A program made the position numbers and the translations under genes. A stretch of 62,868 nucleotides of DNA, filler included, from Chiloscyllium plagiosum (Eukaryota): the NCBI RefSeq assembly GCF_004010195.1. It is 3 parts of one record of this genome, joined end to end, with 100 filler letters (N's around TTAATTAATTAA, not from the genome) between each part and the next. Parts side by side here need not be neighbours in the genome. Positions count along the whole stretch, not along the records: positions 1 to 29,730 come from NC_057713.1; 2 more parts are not named here. One strand, given 5' to 3'. Under the pieces are notes generated by a model that saw only the letters and a list, made by a program, of their open reading frames with translations, was not told the DNA's origin and did not search any database. Positions 1-13,559 of the stretch are shown piece by piece. The stretch's first letter is position 1. The number at the start of each line of letters is the position of its first letter.

Positions 1-180
1 AGGGAGAGATGGGGTGCTCAGCTCGGAGTACATTCAAAACAGATGTACAGATTTATTTTGATCAAGAAGGGGATAAGATGGGAAATGTAATTTGAGGTAC
101 TCTATCAGCCATGATCTTATTCATGATGGAGCAGGCTGAGGGAGGTCGCGTGAATGCTTTTGGTTTTATTGCTCACATTC
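1..180 (+). mobile_element. Old CR1 LINE 3' tail
   Basis: TCAGCCATGATCTTATT..ATGGAGCAGGCT resembles the tail at 9375-9440. Confidence 0.55.
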
Positions 181-427
181 CAAATTCTAGGGAATGCAAA
201 CTCAAATCATACAACCTGTCCTCTCTTTAACACATACAGAGTTGAGAATCTGCTCTGTGCCTACTTTGGCCTTTTTAGACCTATTACATCAAATCCTCAT
301 TATCCATAGGAGATTGGGCATAGACTTCCCAAGGATAACAAAAAATACAACTACCACTCCTTTGTTGCAGTCTTATGTAGCACAAAGGATGACACAATCA
401 GACCAGACGAGTCAATGTGGAGATATT

Positions 428-1183
428 GAGGACTGCAGATGTGGAGCAGTCAGAGTTGATAAAGTCTGGCGCTGGAAAAGGCACAGCAGGTCAGGCAGCA
501 TCTCAGGAACACGAGAGTCAATGTTTTAGGTTTCATCCATCAGGACTGGGGAGGGGCAAGGGGACTGAAGGAAAGGTATTGGGATGGCAATAGGTGGGCG
601 AAGGAAGGAGGTGATTGTGATAGATCAGTGGGAGGTGTGGAGTGGATAGGTGGGAAGAAGATGGACAGGTAGGTCAGGTCAAGAGGGCAGAGCCGAGTCA
701 GAGGATTGGACCTGAGATGGCATTGTTGTAGAGGGAGGAGGATAGGTGGGCGAAGGAAGGAGGTGATTGTGATAGATCAGTGGGAGGTGTGGAGTGGATA
801 GGTGGGAAGAAGATGGACAGGTAGGTCAGGTCAAGAGGGCAGAGTCGGGTCAGAGGATTGGACCTGAGATGGCATTGTTGTAGAGGGAGGAGGAAAACTT
901 CTTCACGGTGGCACCTGAGTCTGCTCCGCCCTTTTGACCTGACATACCTGTCCATTTTCCTTCTCACCTATCGGCTCCACACTTCCCACCGACCTATCAC
1001 AGTCACCTCCTACCTTCACCTACCTATGGCCATGTTAACTCACTTCCCCCAGTACTATCTCCCCTCTCCTTATTTATCTCGCTGCCCCTTCCCCATCCCC
1101 AATCCTGATGAAGGGTCAAACCCAAAGCATAAACTCTCTTGCTCCTCAGATACTGCCTGACCTGCTTTGCTTTTTCCAGCGCC
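428..1183. mobile_element. Penelope-like element remnant: inverted pair of pseudo-LTRs with an internal 152-bp tandem duplication (591-742 / 743-894)
   Basis: GCTGGAAAAG..CAGCAGGTCAGGCAGCATC at about 470-502 and its reverse complement at about 1148-1183; degenerate hammerhead core CTGATGAAGGGTCAAACCC at 1105. Confidence 0.7.
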
Positions 1184-3440
1184 GAATCAATGGGGAAACG
1201 AATACAGGATCTGGGGCTGATTTTTGGGATGTATGTAGATCCATAAGATGTGAGTCAACAGATAGTGAGGAGTGAGTGTATCTGGGTATTGTGTGTTAGT
1301 AAGACAATTTTGGTAAATTGTAAAACAAAAATGTACAATACCATTCATAATCTCTGAATACCCCAAGTACTTCACATCCAATTCATTTTGCAGTGTTGTC
1401 ACCATTGAAGAAAATACAGCAGTTGGTACACACCAAATTTCTTACAGCAACGTGATAATGATTAGAAAATCTGTAGCGATTTGGAATTGGTTTATGTCCA
1501 CTTGAGAAAGCAAAGAGACAGCCTGAGATTACCATCTCCTCTCAGACAATGCAGCACTCCCTCAGTACTGTACTGGGAGATCCGCTTAGCTTTTTGTCCT
1601 TAAGTCCTTGAATCGTACAACCTTCTGGATATTTAAGGCTGATATTTATGACCTGCTGAGCTTCAGTAAACCATTATATTAATAAATTCATTCCATGATA
1701 TTAGGTGTTTTACAATTTGGCACCTACAGAAATAAAATAATATAAAAATACTCTATTGAAGCAGAAGAGATTGTAAAGGGAAATCTTGAGCAAGTGAGTA
1801 ATGATTAATTATTCTTTCCAATTCTCTAACTCTATGGAATGTGTACATTTGACCTTGTGTGGTTTTATACATTAGTAATGTCACTTTATGAAACATTCCA
1901 CACCTCTTCAAAATGAATTGCAATCAATATTCTCACCAGTTAAAGGAGTGAATCATTTAAGTTTGCTTTTTTTCTCTATAATTGAATACTACTTATTTCA
2001 GATGCATGACTTTAACCAGATGACTGATTAAACATCTAAGTGTTGCAAAGAAACTGACCTTAATGCGTTGTTCTTCCCCTTGTCGAGAAAGTATTTTAAT
2101 ATTAATCCCTCGAGTATAATTCACCACTGAATCAACATATAGTAACAAGTATAAGTTTTAGGTAGGCATCATTCACTGACATTTATTTGACTTGATCTTG
2201 GAATTCTGTCATAATGTGGGAGGCCAAGCAAGACAGTGTACTTTAGAAATACAGTAACAGGCACAGCATATACCTCATGGTACGGAATAAAATTAACTGA
2301 CCTCTCTGCTCTCTCTCGAATCAAATCATCTACCTTTTCATATAGCAGCTGAATTATGATGCTCAAAATCAGGGGAAAGGTCTATGCCTCTGAGTAATGG
2401 TGCACCCTTAGCATTAAAGAGGCTGTTTTTAATCAAAAGGACCTTAGAAATTATGCATATTACTTTATACATTTACATCAAGGACTTGACCATTGTAAGT
2501 CTCAAATACTTTTCATATTTTTGGATCATCTATTAATAGTTCAAATCCCATAAATGTTTTATCTCTGGAGATGGTCTGGACAGCTAATATATATAATCCT
2601 TATTGAAATGACATTCACCACATTTTGTTCACCATTTTACTTTCAGCATGCAAACAAATTTGAATATTGGTTTAATAAACTGCACATTTAGAAATATCAA
2701 TAATGCAGTCATACTGTGGAATTACGAAAGAGCAACATAAAAATGGGCTTGTAATTTTAAAAGATCTGGTTACATTTAACCGTAAGTAAATTTACTTTGG
2801 CACAAGTTTGTACTTACTAATCTCCTTCCCAAAGATGTCATTTTATACTGTAATGGCTTCAGAAATAAGTAATGGAATCATTGATACAACAGATAGGGAT
2901 AATGAATAATTTATTTCACTTTCAAGTAGAATGTTTATCAATCTGATATTCTAAACCTATTAAAACTTACTTAAATTGTCAGTTCACCCTTTTCACAAGT
3001 GGAAGAAATTCTCAAACATAGCAATTTAAAGGTATTCATAGTTAACAAAATCATGCAACAGTCCAGCGTAGAGGAAGGCCATTTAGCCCATTGAGTTTGT
3101 AACAGCTCTTTCAAAGAGCATTCAAGTTTGTTTCACTTCTTTGCTCTTTTGTCATAGCCTTGCAGTATTTTTACCTTCAAAATATTTATCCAATTACCAT
3201 TTGAATCTGTAACCACCAGTCTCTCAGGCAGTATATTCCAATCAGTTGTTAAAAAACACTTTTTCTCATGTCACCTCTGGTTCTTTTACCAGTTACCTTA
3301 AATTTATAAATAGCTACTCTTCAGCTCCTGTAATCAATGGGTGGGTGTTTATTCTTTCTAAACCTGTGACAATTTTGAACACATCAGTGAAATCTCCTCA
3401 TAGCCTTCCCTGCTCTATGGGAATGATCATTGCTTCTCTT

Positions 3441-4065
3441 ATAGAGTCATAGAGATGTACAGCACAGACACAGATCCTTTGGTCCAACTTGTCCATGCTG
3501 ACCAGATATCCTAAATTCATCTAGTCCCATTTGCCAGCACTTGGCTCATATCCATCTAAACCCTCCCTATTGATATATCCAACTAAATCCTTCCCATTCC
3601 TTACCCATCCAGATGCCTTTTAAATGTTGCAATTGTACTAGCCTCCACTACTTCCTCTGGCAGCTCATTCCATACACGCATCACCCTCTGCATGAAAAAG
3701 TTGCCCCTTAAGTCTCTTTTATATCTTTCCCCTCCGAAGCTCCAGGTAAAACAGCCCCAGCCTATTCAGCCTCTCTCTATAGTTCAAATCCTCCAACTCA
3801 GGCAACATCCTTGTAAATATTTTCTGAACCCTTTCAAGTTTCACAACATCCTTCCAATACAAAGGAGACCAGAACCACATGCAATATTCCAAAAGTGGCC
3901 TAACTGATGTCCTGTACAGTCGTGACATGACCTCCCATCTCCTATACTCAATACTCTGACCAATAAAGGAAAGCATATCAAATTATTTCTTCACTATCCT
4001 ATCTACCTGTGACTTTACTTTCAAGGAGCTATGAACCTGCACTCCAAGGTGTCTTTGTTCAGCAA
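3441..4065 (-). mobile_element. CR1/HER1 LINE 3' fragment nested in an older CR1 (about 3050-4440)
   Basis: ORF 3719-3976 LYRTSVRPLLEYCMWFWSPLYWKDVVKLERVQKIFTRMLP (CR1 ORF2 C-terminus); TCTATGACTCTAT tail. Confidence 0.9.
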
Positions 4066-5082
4066 GATCCAGCTAACTGAAGTGCCTCATTATTGAAACC
4101 ACTCGAGTAAATTTCTTCTGTACCATCCCCAGAAGAACCCTCTCCTTGACATTCTTCTTAAAGTGATGTGTGCAGCTCCATCTGGGCTGAACCAGTGTTT
4201 TGTAGACATTCAGCCTAACATTCTGGCTTTGGACTCTATGCCATTTTATTAGCTGTTTTGTTAACCTGTCACACCACCTTCAGAAGTGCACAAGTATTTC
4301 TGAGTCTCCCTAAACTTGTACATGCTTTCAGATTGTTATAATCACCATGTGTTGTCTTGCTTCATCCTGTCTACCAAAATGTAGCAGCTCACACACTTTT
4401 CTGTATTGTATCCATCCATTCCACCCGCCTATACTCTTGAGGATTTGTTGTCCTTTGTGCAGTGAAGATGTCCCTACCTTGTGACCCAGGTTCAAGTCCC
4501 ACATGAGGTGTGTAGTAACATGTCTGAACAGGGTGATTAATAATACCTAAACTCTTGTTACTAAGTAAACTTTAAAAATATTTCACAATACAGCTGGCTT
4601 ATATTTAAATTGATAGAAGTAAAATTTTAATTTCCATAGTACCATTCATGCTCTCAGGATGAAACAAAGTGCTTTATAGGCAATGAAGAACTTTTGAAGT
4701 GTGAACACTGTTATACTCGTCTGTTGTCCCAGAAAACCATCAACAATCTGCCATGAGCAGAATTTCATTAACATGGTCATCAATTTGGATATGTTTTCAT
4801 GAATAGATTGGGTCATTAACAATGCCTGGTTGTAGTCTTGAAATAAGGACCTACTTGGAAAGGTGATGATTTCAGCAAGGTGTTCGATAGTTATTGGGTC
4901 TTTTGCTGCTCCTTAGTTTGGCCCAGTTATGGTCTAACATTTTCCATGCAAATCAACTTTGACCTCTTCACTTAAACTTTCATAATACCAAACATTTTGT
5001 TTTTGTATACTCTATGTAAATCTACAAGACAAAAACCGATCCAGTACTTATGTTCCACACAATCTTCCTGCTATCTTAACTC

Positions 5083-5853
5083 AAAAATTGTGTTGCTGGA
5101 AAAGCGCAGCAGGTCAGGCAGCATCCAAGGAGCAGGAGAATCGACGTTTTGGGCATAAGCCCTTCTTCATCGTCGATTCTCCTACTCCTTGGATGCTGCC
5201 TGACCTGCTGCGCTTTTCCAGCAACACATTTTTCAACTCTGGTCTCCAGCATCTGCAGTCCTCACTTTCTCCCTGCTATCTTAACCCTTGTGGTTGGAGG
5301 GTTCCCAGGCGGAAGATGAGGTGCTCTTCCTCCAACCGTCGTGTTGCCATGGTCTGGCGATGGAGGAGTCCAAGGATATTGGGGAGACAGGCCGCCTACT
5401 TGCAGAACGTTTCAGAGAACACCTCTGGGACACCCGGACCAACCAACCCAACCACCCCGTAGCCCAACACTTGCTGGAAAAGCGCAGCAGGTCAGGCAGC
5501 ATTCAAGGAATAGGAGAATCTACGTTTTGGGCATAAGCCCTTCAGGAATGAGGAAAGTGTGTCCAGCAGGCTAAGATAAGCAGGTCTTCCTGACCTCTCC
5601 GCCCCCACCCCACTCCAGCCTATCACCCTCACCTTGACCTCCCTCCACTTATCGCATTTCCAAAGCCCCTCCCCAAGTCCCTCCTCCCTACCTTTTATCT
5701 TAGCCTGCTGGACACACTTTCCTCATTCCTGAAGAAGGGCTTATGCCCGAAACGTCGATTCTCCTGTTCCTTGGATGCTGCCTGACCTGCTGCGCTTTTC
5801 CAGGAACACATTTTAAGCTCTGATCTCCAGCATCTGCAGTCCTCACTTTCTCC
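5083..5853. mobile_element. Rearranged Penelope-like element: GIY-YIG endonuclease fragments plus four pseudo-LTR pieces
   Basis: + strand IGETGRLLAERFREHLWDTRTNQPNHPVAQH (about 5378-5470); a - strand C-terminal fragment RRLEEEHLIFRLGTLQPQG (about 5285-5345); pseudo-LTRs in both orientations. Confidence 0.85.
5729..5756 (+). ncRNA. Minimal type I hammerhead ribozyme core in a Penelope pseudo-LTR
   Basis: CUGAAGA-A-[GGGC UUAU GCCC]-GAAA-CG-UC; stem I is weak (AUUC/GAUU). Confidence 0.65.
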
Positions 5854-6289
5854 TCTGACCAATCATTCTACCCACTTATTAAATGTTAAGATTTAACCTT
5901 AAAAAGATATGTCAAATCAGTTATATATTACCTAAAAAGTGAACATGTATTTCCAAAACTTATTGACAAACTTAGATGACATTGTACAAACCATGTTAGG
6001 TTTGTTTCCATAATTTGTCACATCATCCAATTCCTGTTGTATGCTTGATGCCTACTGTTGGGTGTTTCTGTTCTCACTGTTTGCTGATAGCTTCCACAAT
6101 TTTAAAAGAAAAAGGCATCCACAGAAAGCATCAGGAGACAAAACTATGTTAATGGTGGACTTATAATTTGAACTGGAATAACCTCCTACTGTGCTCTTTC
6201 ATTCCAGCAGTCTGTAATTAAATTAACTGAGGTTTCAGCGTACGTTGTGTGTTCAGGACCCATTCTGAGCCCTTGATCTATTGCTGTGT

Positions 6290-6640
6290 CCATGCAGTAC
6301 TGTAGGAGGTGCTGTAGTGTAGGAACTGCTGTCTTTTGGTGGCATGGTTTCAGTCAATGATCAATCTGCCCTCAGATGTAAAAGACCCCATGGCACTATT
6401 TGAATAAGAATAGGGAAGCCCTCCATGTTGTACCCGGATCAGTATTTTGTCCTCAATTACAAAAACATGATCTGGTCATTAACACATGGCACTTTGAAGG
6501 AGCTTGCTATGAGCAAAATGGTTTTCACAGTTCCCACATTACAGTAGTTACTGTCCTTCCAAATTACTTAGTTGGCTGTAAAGCATCTGGGGTGTCCTGA
6601 GTTTGTGAAAGTTGCTATCGAAATGGAAATCTTACTTTTA
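6290..6640 (+). mobile_element. Deu-domain SINE (SacSINE1/AmnSINE1-like)
   Basis: GATGTAAAAGACCCCATGGCACTATTTGAA...ATCTGGTCATT...GGAGCTTGCT...TTGGCTGTAAAGCA. Confidence 0.7.
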
Positions 6641-7117
6641 TTCATTCAAAAGAAGTTGGTTTTGAAAAACTCAAGAGTAGATGATGACAGCAAGATTTGG
6701 AAATAGTTACCAAAAGGAGCTGAAAGTCCAGGGATTATTTATACAGGAACAGAAAGTGAGTTGAGGGGATTTACTGGGAGGGTCTTATGCTTCAGGGTGG
6801 CTTTGAAAATGGAAAACTTTTCATTTCTGGTTGGAGGTTATCAATGAGCATAGATGGTAAAAGACATATTGGGGGATCTGCTTCATAGAGAGAAAGATCA
6901 TTGAGGCAGCACTGTTTCATTTCTTAAAGAACGTGTAGCTCAATTCTTGAGGACAGAGGGAGTTATGAAGGGGTAAGAGTGGTATGGAGAGCTGGGCAGT
7001 GGGGTTAGTTATGAATTGTCTCACAAAGTACTAGCCAACACATGAAAGTTTTGGTCAGTATCTAGAAGATTATATTAAGCCTACGAATGTGGGATATTAT
7101 AATGTTTCTTGTATTGT

Positions 7118-7720
7118 GTCAGCTGTGGCTCAGTTGGTCATTCTCTTGTCTTTGAATCAGATGATTCTGGGTTCAAGTCCCACTTGAGAATAGAAATCCA
7201 AACAGGCATTCCCCTGGCAATACTGTCCTGCAGGAGTGCAGCACTGTTGGAGGCACAGTCTTTCAGATGAGATACCCTATCTACCTGTTCACTTCCAGTC
7301 CTCACTGCTGCCTGTGCCCTCCTCGCCCCTGTCTCTGCCCTACCTCTTGCTGCTGGCCATATACCCACTTGCTCCTCAGTGCTGGCTGCATCCCTTGCTG
7401 ACCAAATCAAGCTCTCGCACATTGGAGCATCAACTGGTGCACACTTTGGCTGCATTTGTAATAAATGCAATGACTTTCAATAAGAATGGGGTGGGGGTGT
7501 TTGTCCTTGTGCCCTGATGAGTATTTATCCCACAATCGATATCAGTAATAATCAGTTTACTTGGTCATTATTGCATTACAGTTTGTGAACGTTTGCTGAG
7601 TGCAATGGACTGAGTGTTTCCTTCTTTACAATTTTACAACATCACCATAAGTCCAAAACAGTTACATTTCTTTGATATATGCATTAGTCTTGACAGGCAC
7701 TATATAAATGCAAGTTTTCT
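7118..7720 (+). mobile_element. Deu-domain SINE with tRNA head, interrupted by an unrelated ~200-bp segment
   Basis: GTCAGCTGTGGCTCAGTTGGT...GGGTTCAAGTCCCACT head, Deu core and GCACTATATAAATGCAAGT tail. Confidence 0.65.
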
Positions 7721-7819
7721 TTATGCTGTACGTTTCAGGAGTGATTTGAATGAAAATTTGCCATTTTTATTAATAGGTTATTTTATTCTTTTGGAGAGGT
7801 CATTGGAATATAGCTCTGT

Positions 7820-9445
7820 TAATTGATTCTCAGATTCCGGGAACATAACAAAACTAAAAACCTAGCAGAAATAATGGAGAATCTCGGGACTAGTATGACT
7901 GAAGGACAAAAATATATTATTAGTAAATGAAAGTAATACTAGAGAAATTAATGGGATTTTAAGTGGATAAATCCCTTTGACCCAATGATTCACCTCCTAT
8001 AGTGTTGAAAGACGGGGCTGTAGAAATAGTAGATATGTTAGCGATCATCTGTTAAAATTGTGTCAACTCCAAAATGTTCCTACCAAATTAGAAGGTAGCA
8101 TGTATAACTGCTATTTAAGAAAGGAGGGGGAGAGAAAACATGGGACTACAGACCTGTTAGCCTAACATTAGTTGTAGGGAAAGTGCTAAAATCTACAATG
8201 AAGGATGTGATAACAGGACATTCAGAAAATAATGGCAGGATTGAGCAAAGTCAACATGAATTCATAGAGGGGAAATCATGTTTGATAAACCTGCAAGAAT
8301 TTTTTTGAGAATGTAATTGACACAGTAGGTAAAGGGTAACTGGTGGATGGGTACATTTAGATTTTCAAAAGGCTTTTGATAAGGCCCCAAACAAGAAATT
8401 GGTAAAAATTAGACCACATGGGATTTGGAGGAATACAATTGCCTGGATCGAGAACTGATTCACTTGCAGTAAACAGACAGTAGAAATAATAGCTGGTGTA
8501 ATGGGGTAAAGATCATTGCTTGTACCCGAGCTATTCACAATCTGTATCAATGAGTTTTAACGTGGAATTTAAATATAAGATTTCCATGTTTGCAGAAGAC
8601 AAAAAACTAGTGGGAACGCAAGTTGTGAGGATGATGCAAAAATGTTTCAAGGGGATTCAAAGATTTGGCAAAACGGAATACAATCTGCAGAGACGTGAAT
8701 TGTATTTTGGTGGAAAAATAATGTAATTTTTGAATGATGAGAAGCTGGGAAATATTTTTAATTTCAAAGCGACTTGGACATCCAAGTTATTTGAAGTTAA
8801 TATGCAAGGACAGCAAGCAATTAAGGAGGCAAATAATATGTTGGTCTTTATTTCAAAAGTGTTTGAGTACAAGGGTAAATATGTCTAATTCAATTACATA
8901 GAACCTTAGAGGGGCTCTACCTGTAACTTTGATCTCCTTAACCAAGGAAAGATTTACTTGCCATAGATAGAATATCATGAAGATTAGCCAAAGTAATTCC
9001 TGGAATGGAGTGATTGTTCTGTAAGAAAACATGAAATAATTGGGCCTTCATTTACTGGAGTTTAGAAGAATGAGAGGTCATCTGATCCAACCACACAAAA
9101 TTCTCACAAGGATCAACTGGGTAGTTTCAGGAAAGTTGGGGGCTTGGTTGGGGGCTCTAGAACGAGGAGACATAGTCTCAAGGGCAGACCATTTCGGACT
9201 GAAATGAGGAAGAATTTCTTTACTCAGAGGGTAGTTAATCTTTGAAATTCTCTGCTGGAGAAAGCGGTGGAAGCTCAGCTGCTGAGTATGATCAAAACCA
9301 AGATCAATAGATTTCTACATCGTAAAAACATCACGGGAAGCATGGATTGTGCAAGGAAATGGTATTAAATCGATGACCAACCATGATCTCATTGAATGAT
9401 GGAGTGGACTCAAGAGGCTGAATAGTCTACTGCTCATATTTTGTA
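7820..9445 (+). mobile_element. Decayed CR1 LINE (reverse transcriptase region to 3' tail)
   Basis: Remnants of YRPVSLT, GKSCL, LDFQKAFDK and KISMFAED motifs with many stops and frameshifts. Confidence 0.85.
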
Positions 9446-10420
9446 TATTCTGAAAATGGACCACTGCTATAGTGTGTGGGTAACTATGGATTTTCCATAG
9501 CATAATGGATGGATCAGTTTTAGCAAGGTGCAGTAAAACTGGTTTCAAATATTCACATATAAAAGAGAGGGTTCAGGCAATGTGATTGTCAAAAAAAACA
9601 AGATTGAGTCCTTCAGATTAAGGATCTGTATTTGGCAGAGCATTTTGAACTAATACAGAATAGCTTCTTTCTTGAAACATCAATTGACCATCCTCTATAG
9701 TGTGTTGACATTTTAGTATAAAATGGGTATTTGAGTTTAATAGACCACCTAGTCAGCTTCATTTGTTCAAAAGTAACCAACATTCTCTGCATAGCTGAGC
9801 TAATACTTGCAGCAATGTTGTCAGCTAATAGGTGCACATACAAAGACAAGTTATAAATTATTTCATTCATTATACATGTCAATGTTCATTTTTTGTAGAT
9901 TTAGACCTGGAACTTTATAACTTAACATAACGACATTCATGGCTTATCTTTTACTGGATTAAGGAGGTAAATCACGATCAGTGGAGGAGAAGCCAGTGCA
10001 ATAAGGTCTGAGATGCTGATGGAATACAGATGCACAGAGCTGAGATAGAAAACTAATGATGCCAAATAATTTGGCTCAGATTTCTAGGAACATTAGATCC
10101 AGATATTCAAACCTTTTTCTTCCATTTAGATAGATCAAAGTTAATGTGTATTTTGACTTCATTTGTTTATTGTGTTTGTTCCGTATTCTTCAGCACCAAT
10201 AATCATTTCGCATAACCTCTCAAGGGAGAGAATTTCAGATTTCCACTGCCCATTGTGTGAAGAAGGACTTCCTTATATGTCTCTAATATTAAGATTGTTC
10301 TCAATTCTTCCCATCAGAGGAAGTAATATCTTTGTCTATTGTATTTTATCCCTGAATCAAATAAACACCCATCTAATGTAATCTCAAGGAAATTTATAAA
10401 ATCAAGCCTCACAAATCTCC

Positions 10421-10810
10421 CCTACATTGGGGAGACAGGACGCTTACTCACAGAGTACTTCAGAGAACATCTCTGGGACACCCGTACCCATCAACCCCAC
10501 TGCCCTGTGGCCGAACACTTTAACTCCCCCTCCCACTCCGCCAAGGTCATGCAAGTCCTGGGCCTCCTCCATCACCACTCCCTTACCACCTGACGCCTGG
10601 AAGAAGAATGCCTCAGCTTCCTCCTCGGGACCCTCCAACCCCAGGGCATTAATATGGATTTCATCAGTTTCCTCATTTCCCNNNNNNNNNNNNNNNNNNN
10701 NNNNNNNNNNNNNNNNNNNNNNNNNNNNNNNNNNNNNNNNNNNNNNNNNNNCTGATTTTCCTGCTCCTCGGATGCTGCCTGAACTGCTGTGCTTTTCCAG
10801 CACCACACTC
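10421..10810 (+). mobile_element. Penelope-like element 3' part: GIY-YIG endonuclease fragment and pseudo-LTR (spans gap 10682-10751)
   Basis: YIGETGRLLTEYFREHLWDTRTHQPHCPVAEHFNSPSHS...RLEEECLSFLLGTLQPQGINMDF with one internal stop; pseudo-LTR sequence follows the gap. Confidence 0.85.
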
Positions 10811-11627
10811 AACTCACAAATTAATGTTCTAGTACTGAATAATTCTGGTGAATCCATTGGTATTCACTCCAAGGCTTTACTTCCAGAGGTACAGTGCCTA
10901 AAATTGAATGTAGTTTCTGGAAATGCGGTTTAATTGAAGTTAAATACAACTAATACATAACTATCTTCCTTTTGATTCCAGGCAATTTGAGATAAAGACC
11001 AATGTTCCATTAACATTTTTGGCTTATTTTAACACCATGGAAATGGTGTTTTTGTGATCTGTGTACCTGAAGAGTCTTAAATCCTTTCCCTCTTTCATAA
11101 TACCTCGTCTCGCACAACTAGGGAAATGTGATCTTATTCCAAAGTGCATGGCATTGAATCGCATTATACACTTTGGAGCTGGATAAGTCAGGGATTGATG
11201 GTTCACCAGGATTTTTAGGCAAGGATTTAGATGGGCAACATGGACAAGGTCTGTTTCCATGCTGTACATCTCTATGACACTATGACTCTATAATCTGTTC
11301 AACAGTTATACGGAAACATTTGTGATCATGGATTAAGTCAGTACTTTCAAGCCACTGGGTAAATTGGAAGTTTCTATATTCAACACAAATCGTTGAGGAA
11401 AAGGGCAGTAGATTGAAGGCGAAGATGAACATGACCACACTTTCAAGGGTAAAAACAATTCTTATTACGCAGATTTAAGAGATAGTACAGAACTGGAATA
11501 AGTCAGAAAGCACAGACCCTGAGGAGAATGGGAGCAATATCATCAGTGCCATTGTTCATATCAGAATCCAAAGCATGTAGGAGCTGGCTTATTTTGTGAT
11601 GTTAGAAGTTGAGTTGCTCTGCTAATG

Positions 11628-11860
11628 AGGAGAAAGTGAGGACTGCTGATGCTGGAGATTACATTCAAAATGTGTGGTACTGGAAAAGCACAGCCGGTCA
11701 GGCAGCATCCAAGGAGCAGGGGAATTAACATTTCGAGCAAAAGCCCTTCTTCATCAGGAATGAGGCTTATGGTCTGGGGGGTGGGGGAGGCTGAGAGATA
11801 AATGCGTGGGGGTGGGGCTGGAGGGAAGGTAGCTGAGGATGCGATGGGCAGATGAAGATG
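11628..11860 (-). mobile_element. Penelope pseudo-LTR fragment abutting a CR1 3' fragment
   Basis: GGAGAAAGTGAGGACTGCTGATGCTGGAG...GGTCAGGCAGCATCCAAGGAGCAGG family consensus. Confidence 0.8.
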
Positions 11861-12388
11861 TCACCCTTCTATCGTAAGGATGTTATTAAACTTGAGAAGG
11901 TGCTGAAAAGATTTACAAAGATGCTGCCCCAGGACTGAAAAGTTTGAGTTATCGGGAGAGGCTGAATAAGCTGGGCCTTTCTTTCCCTGGAATGTCAGAG
12001 ACTGAGGGATGACCTTGTTAGAGATTTATAAAATCATGAGGGTCATGAATACGAGACATAGTCAAGATCTTTTTCCGAGGGTAAGGGAATCCAAATCTAG
12101 AGGACATTGGTTTCATGTGAGAGGTGAAAGATTTTAAAAAGGACCGGAGGGATAGGTTTTTCACGCAGAGGGTGGTGCATGTATGGAATGAGCTGCCAGA
12201 GGAAGTGGTGGAAGCTGGTACAATTACAGCATTTGAAAGGCATTTGGATGGGCATATGAATTGGAAGGTTTTGGAGGGATATGAGCCAAATACTGGCAAA
12301 TGGGACTAAGTCAGATTGGGATGTTTGGTTGGCACAGATGAGTTGGACCCAAGGGTCTGTTGCCACGCTGAATGACTGTCTAACTCTA
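11861..12388 (+). mobile_element. CR1/HER1 LINE 3' fragment
   Basis: FFTQRVVHVWNELPEEVVEAGTITAFERHLD (ORF 12124-12309) and the family tail. Confidence 0.9.
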
Positions 12389-12990
12389 TTCATGTGTGGT
12401 AAGTGTACAGCACCTCATCACTTTCTATGACTTGGTCAGCTTCTGTAAGTATGTAAGGGATGCACCTTGACAGTTTGATAGTGATGCAACAGCACACCCA
12501 TCTATAAACTTACCCAAACCATTCTGCTCTGTTGTAATCTGTCATGACACCTGATTTAAAATTTATATCTGATGGTTTGATAGAATGCTGAAAGGCTCAT
12601 CAAATTTTCTCTGAAATCTCAGACTTAATGAGTGTCCTTCCCTCTCCTGCAGTGCCAATCATTTTGTCTTGAGTTTTCACCATTAGGCAAGCAAACTCTA
12701 CCACCCGCATTAATTGGGATGCAAAGCAGTGGTTAAGCAGATGTCAAACATTTTCCTTCTGGAGAGAGTTTATTAGTTATTCAGTCTGATGGTACATAAA
12801 ACTGTTTCCCGTTATACCTACCCAGTCAATCAATCAATTAATTAGCATAACTTATTTAGTTACTTGCTTTATAACACAGTTCCAAAGGACCCTCTTGTGT
12901 AGAGTTAGCAAACCCTGATCTTGAGGTGTGTAATAACTTCTCTGAATCAGGTTGATTGAGAAAAAAAAGGTTGAATTGAAAAAGAAATAC

Positions 12991-13328
12991 CAGTTTCAGA
13001 TTATTCAAAACCCAATTCACATGCACATAGTTCCAGGTTATTCAAATCCTGATCTGCATACACACAGATCCAGATTTTTCAGATTTTGCTCTGTATCTAC
13101 ACAGTTCCAAATCCAGAAATGATTGATCAGATCCTAATCCTGTACACAGGATCGCAAGTTATTCAAACTGCGATCCATTCACACAGTTCCAGTTTATTCA
13201 AATTCTGACCCGCATACACACACTTGTAGATTATTCAATTCTTGATCCATGTACAGTTTCAGATAATTCAGATGCTGATCCAAGTGCATAACTAATTGAA
13301 ATCTGTGTACACAGTCCCAGATTTGTTC
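12991..13328. repeat. Degenerate minisatellite, about 9 copies of a ~36-bp unit
   Basis: Approximate consensus CAGTTCCAGATTATTCAAATCCTGATCCGCATACACA recurs in tandem. Confidence 0.75.
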
Positions 13329-13559
13329 CTTAATCAGCTGCAAGCTACTAAATAGAAATTAAATTTAAACCTATTTTTACTCATTCTTTAGAATATCTAT
13401 TTTAACAGTTGTGATCGTGTCCTTTTCTAACTGTCACATTTGGACACATGAAACAACATGCTGGCAGTGTATCGATTCCGTGCCCATAGAAGCACAAGTT
13501 TGAGGGGGCGGGGATGAGAGAAATGAAAGGGTTTTCGCTGGCTGTGTGAGCACAGAACC

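Noticed and set aside
12991..13328. CRISPR-like periodicity
   Set aside because: Whole units are repeated with no unique spacers, there are no cas genes, and the DNA is eukaryotic.
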